64,000 bases of DNA, from contig JBMNLZ010000002.1 of assembly GCA_050953065.1 (NCBI GenBank), positions 96,001-160,000 on the forward strand. The letters are read 5' to 3'. This DNA comes from Bacilli bacterium. Lineage in GTDB: Bacteria; Bacillota_I; Bacilli_A; ML615J-28; CAG-698. Made by a program: the position numbers and the translations under genes. A model generated the notes under the pieces. That model was not told where the DNA came from. It made no database searches and was given only the letters and a program-made list of their open reading frames with translations. Below are positions 9,355-17,512 of the stretch, piece by piece (the first letter of the stretch is position 1; each line of letters begins with the position of its first letter).

Positions 9355-9441
9355 GATAATACCTCCTAATTAAACTACGCTATTGTATTATATAAAAATA
9401 GACGATTTAAGTCAAGCAAAAAATGAAAAAAGATAAAAGTG

Positions 9442-9480
9442 ATAATAAAAGATGCATTTTTAAATGCATCTTTTATTATA
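9442..9480. terminator. Intrinsic terminator downstream of the Fic gene
   Basis: ATAATAAAAGATGCATTT...AAATGCATCTTTTATTAT palindrome. Confidence 0.7.
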
Positions 9481-9486
9481 TAGAAA

Positions 9487-10107
9487 CTAAATTAAACTTT
9501 TTGTTAGTTTTAAGAAAGGTTCAATGTCTTTATTAACTTTGAATTCTTCCATATAGTCAAAATATTCTTTATGATTATCACTTTTAAAAATTATTGGTGA
9601 TAATTCATTCTTTAATAATATATAATTTAAAACTAATCTTGCAAGGCGTCCGTTACCATCTAAGAATGGATGGATTTTATATAATTGTAGGTGAGCATAA
9701 ACTGCAAGGTATAGTGGATCTTCTGTTGGTTCGTTTATTGTTTCGAATAGTTTCTTCATTCGATCATAAACTTTTAAATAAGTTGGAGGGATATGACGAG
9801 AATGATTAACTCTGATATCAACATTCCTGTATAATCCGCCCTCAGTAATAGATTCAAATAAAATTTGATGTGTGTCTTTTAATAAATCTTCGGTTAAGTC
9901 TTTTCCTTCATTGACTAAGTTAATAATAAATTCCAATGCTTTTTTATGGTTACTAATGATTAGAGCTTTTTCTTTGTTGACTTTATCTAACTCGTTGTTA
10001 TAAACTGCTTCAACATCTTCTCTTGTAATGTTTTTTGTTCTATCAAATGCAAGAGAGTTAAAAGAAAAATCAACTAAGAAATCTTGGGGCAAAGCAACTT
10101 TTGGCAT
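9487..10107 (-). CDS. Fic family protein
   Basis: Canonical HPFLDGNGRLAR motif. Confidence 0.93.
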   Translation of the reverse strand: MPKVALPQDFLVDFSFNSLAFDRTKNITREDVEAVYNNELDKVNKEKALIISNHKKALEFIINLVNEGKDLTEDLLKDTHQILFESITEGGLYRNVDIRVNHSRHIPPTYLKVYDRMKKLFETINEPTEDPLYLAVYAHLQLYKIHPFLDGNGRLARLVLNYILLKNELSPIIFKSDNHKEYFDYMEEFKVNKDIEPFLKLTKSLI

Positions 10108-10222
10108 AAAAACCTCCTTTTTAAAATCCTTACTTGATTATATCACACCTTAAATTAATAATAAAGGTTTAATCTTGAAAAAAAGAAGAAAAAAAATTAT
10201 AATAGGAGAAAAGAGGAAAAAA

Positions 10223-10993
10223 ATGAAAACAAAGATAGCCATTATAAAAACTTTCATATTGATAATTGTTACCTGTCTGGTAATGGCTTTTGTATGTTTG
10301 ATAAATTCTTGTGTTGAGTTTTATTTTGTAGAAAGAAAAATAGAAGAATTTGTTGATAGAGGAGAGTTTTATATAGAAATAGGTAGTACTAAATATTATA
10401 AAGTTTCTAAAGCTTATGAATATGAAGATACTTCAAGATTTGTTTTTAATCCTTTAAGTCCAAAAAGATATGTTGGAAGTACAGCTGATTTTTTATCTAC
10501 AACAAGAAATCCTTTAAGAGCCTATCCTATAATAGGACTGATTTCAAGACTTGCTTGGGCAGGACATAGTGCTTTAGTGACTGAAGAGGATGGTTCTAAA
10601 ATCTGTGAGGTTGTTGGGAATGAAGATGATCCAAAAGATAATTATGTAAGAATAGTAGAGAATGAATGGATTTCAGCAGATACTGGTTCTCCTCATATTA
10701 TCGGATTAAGAGTAAAAGGTTTAACAAATGAAGCTAGAGAGACTATTGTTGATTATGCTAACACTCAAGCTTTAGAAAAAGATAAGTATAACTTTTTATT
10801 TCCTTTAACTAGAAGTAATAAATATTATTGTACAGATTTGGTGAGTCGTAGTTATAATGAGGTTGATATTAATCTTAATAACGATGGTTTTATGACTAGT
10901 GGAAACGATATGATATTAAGCAAAGAAACATATATAATCTTTTTTAGAAAAAGAGTTGGGAATAAATTTTTAGTTTATTATTTAACAGAATGA
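10223..10993 (+). CDS. Permuted papain-like amidase (YiiX/YaeF-like NlpC/P60 superfamily), membrane anchored
   Basis: His motif WAGHSAL precedes Cys motif YYCTDLV; N-terminal TM; ATG at 10223 after GAGG is the likely start. Confidence 0.7.
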   Translation: MKTKIAIIKTFILIIVTCLVMAFVCLINSCVEFYFVERKIEEFVDRGEFYIEIGSTKYYKVSKAYEYEDTSRFVFNPLSPKRYVGSTADFLSTTRNPLRAYPIIGLISRLAWAGHSALVTEEDGSKICEVVGNEDDPKDNYVRIVENEWISADTGSPHIIGLRVKGLTNEARETIVDYANTQALEKDKYNFLFPLTRSNKYYCTDLVSRSYNEVDINLNNDGFMTSGNDMILSKETYIIFFRKRVGNKFLVYYLTE

Positions 10994-11003
10994 GGAAAGT
11001 AAT

Positions 11004-12350
11004 ATGAATGATACAATAGTAGCAATAGGTACTGCCATAAGTAATAATGCTATTTCAATTATTAGAGTAAGTGGAAGTGATGCCATTAGTAAGGTGAGTG
11101 AAATTTTTAAAGGTCCCGATTTAAAAACAAGAGAAGCTAATTCTATTACATATGGTTTTATTGTTGATAAAGACGTTATAGTAGATGAGGTTTTAGTTAG
11201 TGTTTTTAAAAAACCAAAATCTTTTACAAAAGAAGATATTGTAGAGATTAACTGTCACGGTGGTGTTTTTGTTACAAACAAGATTCTAGAAATCTTGTTA
11301 AGTAAAAACATTAGACTAGCAGAACCTGGTGAATTTACTAAAAGAGCTTTTTTAAATGGTAGAATCGATTTAACTCAAGCAGAAGCTGTAATGGATGTAA
11401 TTGAAGCAGAAACTGATAATAGTTTAACTATGGCAACAAGCGCTCTAAGAGGAGATGTTAGAAAAAAAATAAATGCTTTTAAAGAAAGCCTTGCTCAAAC
11501 AATCGCAACAATTGAAGTTAATATCGATTATCCTGAATATGAAACCGAATTAGAGATTATTGAAAAAAGTATTAATCCAACAGTCTTAAAATTAAAAGAA
11601 GAAATAAAAGATATTTTAGAAAAAGCTAAAACATCTAAAATTTTAAAACAAGGAATCCCCACAGCTATTATAGGGAAACCAAATGTTGGTAAATCAAGTC
11701 TACTTAATGCGTTATTAAGAGAAGAAAAAGCAATTGTGACTGAAATTCCTGGTACTACAAGAGATACAGTAGAAGGTAAAATTAATCTTGGTGGGATAAT
11801 TTTAAATATAATTGATACAGCAGGAATTAGACAAACAAAAGATATCGTAGAACAACTTGGTGTTAAAAAAACAGAAGAGGTATTAAAAAAAGCAGAATTA
11901 ATAATTTTAATGTTTGATTATTCAATCCCTTTAGATAAAACAGATTTTGAATTATTAGAAAAAACAAAAGATAAAACTAGATTAATTGTTATTAATAAGG
12001 AAGACTTAGATAAACAAATAGATTTATCTAAAATAAAAGATTATATCTTACTTTCTGCTAAAAAAGAAGAAGATATAGAAAAGTTAGAATTAAAAATAAA
12101 AGAAATTCTTCAAATTAAAAACATTAAACCTGATAATAGTTATATTGCTAATGCTAGAGTAATAGCTAAACTAAAAGAAACGCTTGCTTGCTTAGAAAGT
12201 GCAAGTAAAGGAATAAATGATTCTTTACCAATAGATATTATCAATATTGATTTAACAAATGCTTTAAATATTCTAGGCGAAATCACCGGTGATGTTGTTA
12301 GAGAAGATGTTTTAGAACAAATGTTTTCAAGATTTTGTTTAGGAAAATAA
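11004..12350 (+). CDS. mnmE: tRNA modification GTPase MnmE
   Basis: GKPNVGKSS, GTTRD, DTAG, FCLGK C-terminus. Confidence 0.98.
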   Translation: MNDTIVAIGTAISNNAISIIRVSGSDAISKVSEIFKGPDLKTREANSITYGFIVDKDVIVDEVLVSVFKKPKSFTKEDIVEINCHGGVFVTNKILEILLSKNIRLAEPGEFTKRAFLNGRIDLTQAEAVMDVIEAETDNSLTMATSALRGDVRKKINAFKESLAQTIATIEVNIDYPEYETELEIIEKSINPTVLKLKEEIKDILEKAKTSKILKQGIPTAIIGKPNVGKSSLLNALLREEKAIVTEIPGTTRDTVEGKINLGGIILNIIDTAGIRQTKDIVEQLGVKKTEEVLKKAELIILMFDYSIPLDKTDFELLEKTKDKTRLIVINKEDLDKQIDLSKIKDYILLSAKKEEDIEKLELKIKEILQIKNIKPDNSYIANARVIAKLKETLACLESASKGINDSLPIDIINIDLTNALNILGEITGDVVREDVLEQMFSRFCLGK

Positions 12351-12434
12351 GTTTTTTTTAAAATAACTAGTCTTTTTAGAAAAAAGATAGTATAATAGAG
12401 TTTGGAAGTGATTATTCTAAGAAAGGAGGATATC

Positions 12435-12650
12435 ATGGCAAAAAAAGGAAGCGGATATTTTGGTTTAGGTTGGATTGTTAGTTTAATTTTAGCTATTATC
12501 CCAATTACTAATCTTATTTGTGGAATTATTACACGTGTTCAAAAGGGTAAATTGTTGTTAGCGATTTTAAACTTTTTCCTAATTTTCATTTTCTTCTGGG
12601 TTGACTTAATCAGTATAATCGTTAACAAAGGAATTAAATGGTTAGTGTAG
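12435..12650 (+). CDS. Small hypothetical membrane protein
   Basis: AAGGAGG RBS before ATG at 12435; hydrophobic, 71 aa. Confidence 0.75.
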   Translation: MAKKGSGYFGLGWIVSLILAIIPITNLICGIITRVQKGKLLLAILNFFLIFIFFWVDLISIIVNKGIKWLV

Positions 12651-12661
12651 TTGTTTAAAAT

Positions 12662-12695
12662 AAAAACTTGTTTTGATTTCAAAACAAGTTTTTTT
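12662..12695. terminator. Bidirectional terminator
   Basis: AAAAACTTGTTTTGA-TT-TCAAAACAAGTTTTT. Confidence 0.75.
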
Positions 12696-12697
12696 AT

Positions 12698-13576
12698 TTA
12701 TTTTAAAAATTTTACTTTTAAGAATAATAATGGATAAAGCCCGATTGTAATAAAGGTTAATAAGAAGTATCTAATAAAAGAAGTTATAATGGTATCTATT
12801 TTAATAAAAGCAAACTTTAAAGAAACATATACTATGATAGCAGTTAGCAAACCACCTATAAATCTTAAAAGTCTAGTTCTTATTTTAACATCATTTGAGA
12901 AATCAACAAATTTCTTTTCTATATATAAAGCAAGAATGAAACCAAGAAGTAAAGCATAACCTTTATAAAAATCTTTACCAATTTTAATAAACAAATTAAA
13001 ATCTTCATAAAAGAATAGAAGTGGTGTAAAGATAAAAAGAATTAATAAATGGATTTGGAATTTATAATCTTTAAATTTGGTGTAAATGTAATTTATAAAT
13101 ATTGCGACTATAACTCCGAGTGCAATTCCTGCTATTACATCGGTTGGGAAATGAACTCCAAGATAAATTCTAGATAAACCAATTAAAAGAATTACGATGC
13201 TTATTAAATATAAATTAACTTTTTTTGGATAATATAAATAAATGCTACTATAAAAGGTTGCTCCAATTTGAGAGTGACCACTTGGAAAACTTGATCCAGT
13301 TGAAGAGGATGGTCTTTTATTTATAATATCGGAATCAATTTCAAATGGCCTTTTAGCAAGAAAGATACCTTTTAAAGCATTATTTAATAAAGTCGTAGAA
13401 AAAAGGATAATGGCGATAAATTCGCCTTTTTCTTTATCTAAGACAAAGTATATAAAAGCAAGAATAGCAATTAAAATAAACTGTTCTCCTAGAAAAGAAA
13501 AAGCATTAAATAAAAAATCTAAAAAATCATTAGCAATACTTTGTAAGGATTTTATAAATTCAATTTGTTTTTCCAT
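12698..13576 (-). CDS. PAP2-family membrane phosphatase
   Basis: KxxxxxxRP, SFPSGH, SRIYLGVHFPTD motifs. Confidence 0.93.
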   Translation of the reverse strand: MEKQIEFIKSLQSIANDFLDFLFNAFSFLGEQFILIAILAFIYFVLDKEKGEFIAIILFSTTLLNNALKGIFLAKRPFEIDSDIINKRPSSSTGSSFPSGHSQIGATFYSSIYLYYPKKVNLYLISIVILLIGLSRIYLGVHFPTDVIAGIALGVIVAIFINYIYTKFKDYKFQIHLLILFIFTPLLFFYEDFNLFIKIGKDFYKGYALLLGFILALYIEKKFVDFSNDVKIRTRLLRFIGGLLTAIIVYVSLKFAFIKIDTIITSFIRYFLLTFITIGLYPLLFLKVKFLK

Positions 13577-13629
13577 ATTAATACCTCGTGTAAAGATATT
13601 TTAGTTGTTATTGCTAAGATAGTCAAGAT

Positions 13630-13668
13630 AAAAAATATCTTTAAATTAAATTTAAAGATATTTTTTTT
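13630..13668. terminator. Intrinsic terminator after the SPFH gene
   Basis: AAAAAATATCTTTAAATT/AATTTAAAGATATTTTTT inverted repeat. Confidence 0.65.
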
Positions 13669-13672
13669 AAAA

Positions 13673-14590
13673 TTATTTCTTTGTTTCTTTTTTTGTTTCT
13701 GGTTTAGCTTTTATATCAGTTTTAACAATTTCTGATAAAGATGTAGCAAGACCTGCTAGACCTTGAATTTCAGAAGGAATAATTATTTTTGTTGCTTGAC
13801 CATTCGCCAAATCTTTTAATGCTTCAAGTGCTTTTAATGTTAAAACTGTTTGATCAGCTCCTGCTTTTCTAATAAGTTCAATTCCTTTAGCTGTTGCTTC
13901 TTGGACTTTTAGGATTGCTAAAGCTTCACCTTCGGCTCTTAATACTTCTGCATCTTTAAAACCTTCAGCTTTTAAGATTTTTGCTGCTTTTTCACCTTCA
14001 GCTAGTAAAACAACTTCTCTTCTTTCACGTTCAGCACGCATTTGTTTTTCCATTGCGTTTCTAATATCTAGTGGAGGAAGAATGTTTTTAAGCTCAACAC
14101 GACTAACTTTAATTCCCCATTTATCTGTTGCTTCATCTAGAATAATTCTCATTTTAGAGTTGATGTGATCTCTACTTGTTAGAGTTGAGTCTAAATCAAT
14201 ATCTCCAATTATATTACGAAGAGTTGTTGCTGTTAGTTTTTCTAAAGCAGCGATTGGATCATCTACTCCGTAAGTATAAGCTTTTGGATCTGTTACTTGG
14301 AAAAAGATTACTGTATCAATTTGCATTGTTACGTTATCTTTTGTAATAACTGGTTGAGGTTCAAAATCAATTACTTGTTCTTTTAAAGAAACTTTTTCTG
14401 AAATTCTATAAATAAACGGAACTAAGAAATGTAATCCAGTAGACCATGTCATATGGTAAGAACCAAGCCTTTCAATTACAAAAGCATTTGCTTGGGGCAC
14501 AATACGAATGCTTGAAGCTGCTAAAATAATCAAAAGCAATAAAATCGCTAAAATAACAATAATTACAACACTACTTGTAGCTAAAATCAT
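13673..14590 (-). CDS. SPFH/band 7 (stomatin-like) protein
   Basis: VITKDNV, AMEKQMRAERERR; N-terminal TM. Confidence 0.93.
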   Translation of the reverse strand: MILATSSVVIIVILAILLLLIILAASSIRIVPQANAFVIERLGSYHMTWSTGLHFLVPFIYRISEKVSLKEQVIDFEPQPVITKDNVTMQIDTVIFFQVTDPKAYTYGVDDPIAALEKLTATTLRNIIGDIDLDSTLTSRDHINSKMRIILDEATDKWGIKVSRVELKNILPPLDIRNAMEKQMRAERERREVVLLAEGEKAAKILKAEGFKDAEVLRAEGEALAILKVQEATAKGIELIRKAGADQTVLTLKALEALKDLANGQATKIIIPSEIQGLAGLATSLSEIVKTDIKAKPETKKETKK

Positions 14591-14617
14591 AAATTTAAAT
14601 CTCCTTTTCTTTATATA

Positions 14618-15082
14618 TTATAATTTCTTTGTTTCTTCTTCAATTGGACCAACAATTAATTTTATTCCACTAATTGCTTTTATACTAACGTTTTTTCCTT
14701 CTAAAATAGTTTTACCATCTTGGTTTATAGCGTGCCATAATTCGCCATCAACTTTAACTTGGCCAACATCACCTGGTGTAATATTTTTTGTTACCACGCC
14801 AACCATTCCAACAACTCTATCGGCGTTTGTTTTAACAATGCTTTTACCTGATCTTATATTTTTTGTTAGCGGTTTTAAAGCGATGATTAGTACAAGCGAT
14901 ATACCAACAAAAACGCCAATTTGAACTAACGGCTCAATTTTTAATGCAGCGAGGATAATTGCAACAATCGCACCAACTGTAAACCATAAACTAACCAAAT
15001 CAAAAGTATTGATTTCAACGATTATAGTTATCACTATAATCAAAGCCCAGAAAACAATCATTGTAATTTCAAGCCAAGTCAT
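14618..15082 (-). CDS. NfeD-like protein
   Basis: Three TM helices plus OB domain (GQVKVDGELWHA); paired with the SPFH gene. Confidence 0.9.
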   Translation of the reverse strand: MTWLEITMIVFWALIIVITIIVEINTFDLVSLWFTVGAIVAIILAALKIEPLVQIGVFVGISLVLIIALKPLTKNIRSGKSIVKTNADRVVGMVGVVTKNITPGDVGQVKVDGELWHAINQDGKTILEGKNVSIKAISGIKLIVGPIEEETKKL

Positions 15083-15459
15083 TCTTCTACCTCCTTTTTA
15101 AGATTTATTTTTAAAGTTTTTTGAGTGGCATCCCAGGTGCATTCATATTTATAAAAAATCTTTTTTTCAAAATCAAGAGGAAAAAAATTCATTAAATTGC
15201 GAATTAGTTGTTTACTGTGAATTCTTCCATAACTTGGTTTGATTGTAACGCTATGTAAATCTTCTGTTTTATATAAACCTAGGGCGATATCTTCTTTAGA
15301 AATTGTTTTAAACAATAAAGCTTTTTCTTGTTCATCAAAGCCTACTAATATTTTATAAGCATCATTTAGAAAACGACTCGCTGCAGTATTAAAGGTTATG
15401 TTGTTATCATAAATAGTCGCTAATGCTTGCAAACCCTTTGTAAACCATTGTACACTCAT
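15079..15459 (-). CDS. Hypothetical protein
   Basis: AAGGAG RBS; 4-bp overlap with the NfeD gene. Confidence 0.75.
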   Translation of the reverse strand: MSVQWFTKGLQALATIYDNNITFNTAASRFLNDAYKILVGFDEQEKALLFKTISKEDIALGLYKTEDLHSVTIKPSYGRIHSKQLIRNLMNFFPLDFEKKIFYKYECTWDATQKTLKINLKKEVEE

Positions 15460-15695
15460 AAATTTAAATCTCCTTTCACCTATATTATATAATATAATTT
15501 TTAAAAATCAACTAAATATTTTTAAAAATTTTAAAATATTTTTTAAAATTTTTAAAATGTTAAATTCTATAATAATTAAAATCAAAAAAAAGTTTGAAGT
15601 ATTTAAACTGATGTGTTATAATTTCATATGGATTAGTGAAAAACAATAAACTTGAAAGGAGAAATCATTTATAATTTTAAATGATGACTTAAAAA

Positions 15696-16583
15696 ATGGG
15701 TAAGTACATACGTTTAACAATAGCTATTATTCTTCCTTTAATAGTAGCTGCAATTGTTTGGGGATATGGTTTTGAAAGATATAGAACTGGAGAGTTTGCT
15801 GATGATTTTGCAAACATATATATAACAAAAGGAAAAACCACAGCAGAACAACTTGATAATTATACAAAATATACAAGTTATAAATATAAAGAAGAGAAGT
15901 TTACATCTGAGGTTGTTTCAAGTTTAGGTAAAATCTTTGATGTAGATATTTGGGGAACTTTAGAAGAAGGTAAGTCTGAGATTAGTTATATTTTCTATTT
16001 ATATAATATAAACTATAAAAGATTAAATGAATTAAGAGGTTTAGGAGATGCAACTGTTGATGAAAAAACCTTTGCTAGAATTAGAATGATGGTAATTCCA
16101 GAAGAAGGTGATGAAGTTGTTCCTGAAGCTTTTTCAACTACTGTTTTAGATTATGAGGCTAATCCTGATAAAGGGGAAGATAAGGCACCTTTTACTGTTA
16201 AAAAAATGGTTTTTAAAATTAACAATTTTTCACCAAATTCATATTTAAAATTCTACTATGATGATCCAGGTGATGTCTTAGATTATAGACCAGATGATAA
16301 AACTTTTAAACCGGGAATTGATTATACTCCATATGGTGAGGTTCAAATGGGGGATTACTTTACTGATACAAAATCAACTCTTGAAGTAGTAGAAGGTATT
16401 AATAATGATATAATGAAAGCGGGCTATTCTAAATGGGTGGCTGGTAAATATCTTTGGTGGCAATCTTTAATTGGTTTAGTAGTAGTTGCTTCTATTACAA
16501 TATCTTTCCATATTGTATGGGAATATGATAATAAAAAAGAAGCAGAAAGAAAACAAAAAATAGGAATAAAAGGTAAAAAATAA
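15696..16583 (+). CDS. Hypothetical membrane protein with two terminal TM helices
   Basis: Long ORF, hydrophobic ends, acidic central region. Confidence 0.75.
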   Translation: MGKYIRLTIAIILPLIVAAIVWGYGFERYRTGEFADDFANIYITKGKTTAEQLDNYTKYTSYKYKEEKFTSEVVSSLGKIFDVDIWGTLEEGKSEISYIFYLYNINYKRLNELRGLGDATVDEKTFARIRMMVIPEEGDEVVPEAFSTTVLDYEANPDKGEDKAPFTVKKMVFKINNFSPNSYLKFYYDDPGDVLDYRPDDKTFKPGIDYTPYGEVQMGDYFTDTKSTLEVVEGINNDIMKAGYSKWVAGKYLWWQSLIGLVVVASITISFHIVWEYDNKKEAERKQKIGIKGKK

Positions 16584-16619
16584 AGTGTCTTTTATAGACA
16601 CTTTTTTAAAGAGGAAAAT

Positions 16620-17438
16620 ATGGAAATAAAAGAAATAGAGCGTGCTTTGGTTAAAAGATATCGCGCTAAAATCTTTAAACCCTTCATCCAAGCAATTAAT
16701 ACATATAATTTAATAGAGGAAAATGATGTTATAGGGGTTTGTATATCAGGTGGAAAAGATAGCCTTACAATGGCTAAACTTTTTCAAGAAATAAAAAGAC
16801 ATAACCAAAAGAGTTTTGAAGTTAAGTTTTTGGTGATGGATCCTGGATATAATGAAAAGAATCTAAAAAGTTTAATTGAAAACTGTGAGAAGTTAGAGAT
16901 TCCAATAATAATAAAGGTTTCTAATATTTTTGAAGTAGCAAGTAAACTTGATCCTGAAAAACCTTGTTATATGTGTGCTAGAATGAGACGAGGTTTTCTA
17001 TATGAATTTGCTCAAGAACAAGGATGTAATAAAATTGCTTTAGGCCACCACAAAAATGATGTGATAGAAACTATTTTAATGAATATTTTTTATAATGGGA
17101 CTTTTAAAACAATGATGCCCAAATTAAAAGCTGCTAATTTTGAAAACATGGAATTAATTAGACCGATGACTTTTATTGAAGAAAAGAATATTGCTAATTA
17201 TATGAAGTATTGTCAAATAGAGGCTTTAAGTTGTGCTTGCAAAGTTGCAAGCAAAGATTTAGATTCTTATCGTAAAAAAGTCAAAGAATTAATTGCTTCT
17301 TTAAAAAAAGAATTTAAAGATATAGAAAAATGTATTTATAATAGTGCAAACAATATTAATTTAGATTGTGCGATTGGGTGGAAGCATCAAGGAAAAGAAT
17401 ATTCTTTTCAAGATTTTTATGATGAAAACAACAAATAG
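16620..17438 (+). CDS. TtcA-family tRNA thiolation protein (PP-loop)
   Basis: SGGKDS, CYMCARMRRG, ALGHH, IRP. Confidence 0.88.
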   Translation: MEIKEIERALVKRYRAKIFKPFIQAINTYNLIEENDVIGVCISGGKDSLTMAKLFQEIKRHNQKSFEVKFLVMDPGYNEKNLKSLIENCEKLEIPIIIKVSNIFEVASKLDPEKPCYMCARMRRGFLYEFAQEQGCNKIALGHHKNDVIETILMNIFYNGTFKTMMPKLKAANFENMELIRPMTFIEEKNIANYMKYCQIEALSCACKVASKDLDSYRKKVKELIASLKKEFKDIEKCIYNSANNINLDCAIGWKHQGKEYSFQDFYDENNK

Positions 17439-17512
17439 ATTTTTTCGTTGCTTTTTAATTAAATAATGTTATAATACTATAGGTGAATATAAAAAAAGGA
17501 GGAATAAAAAAT

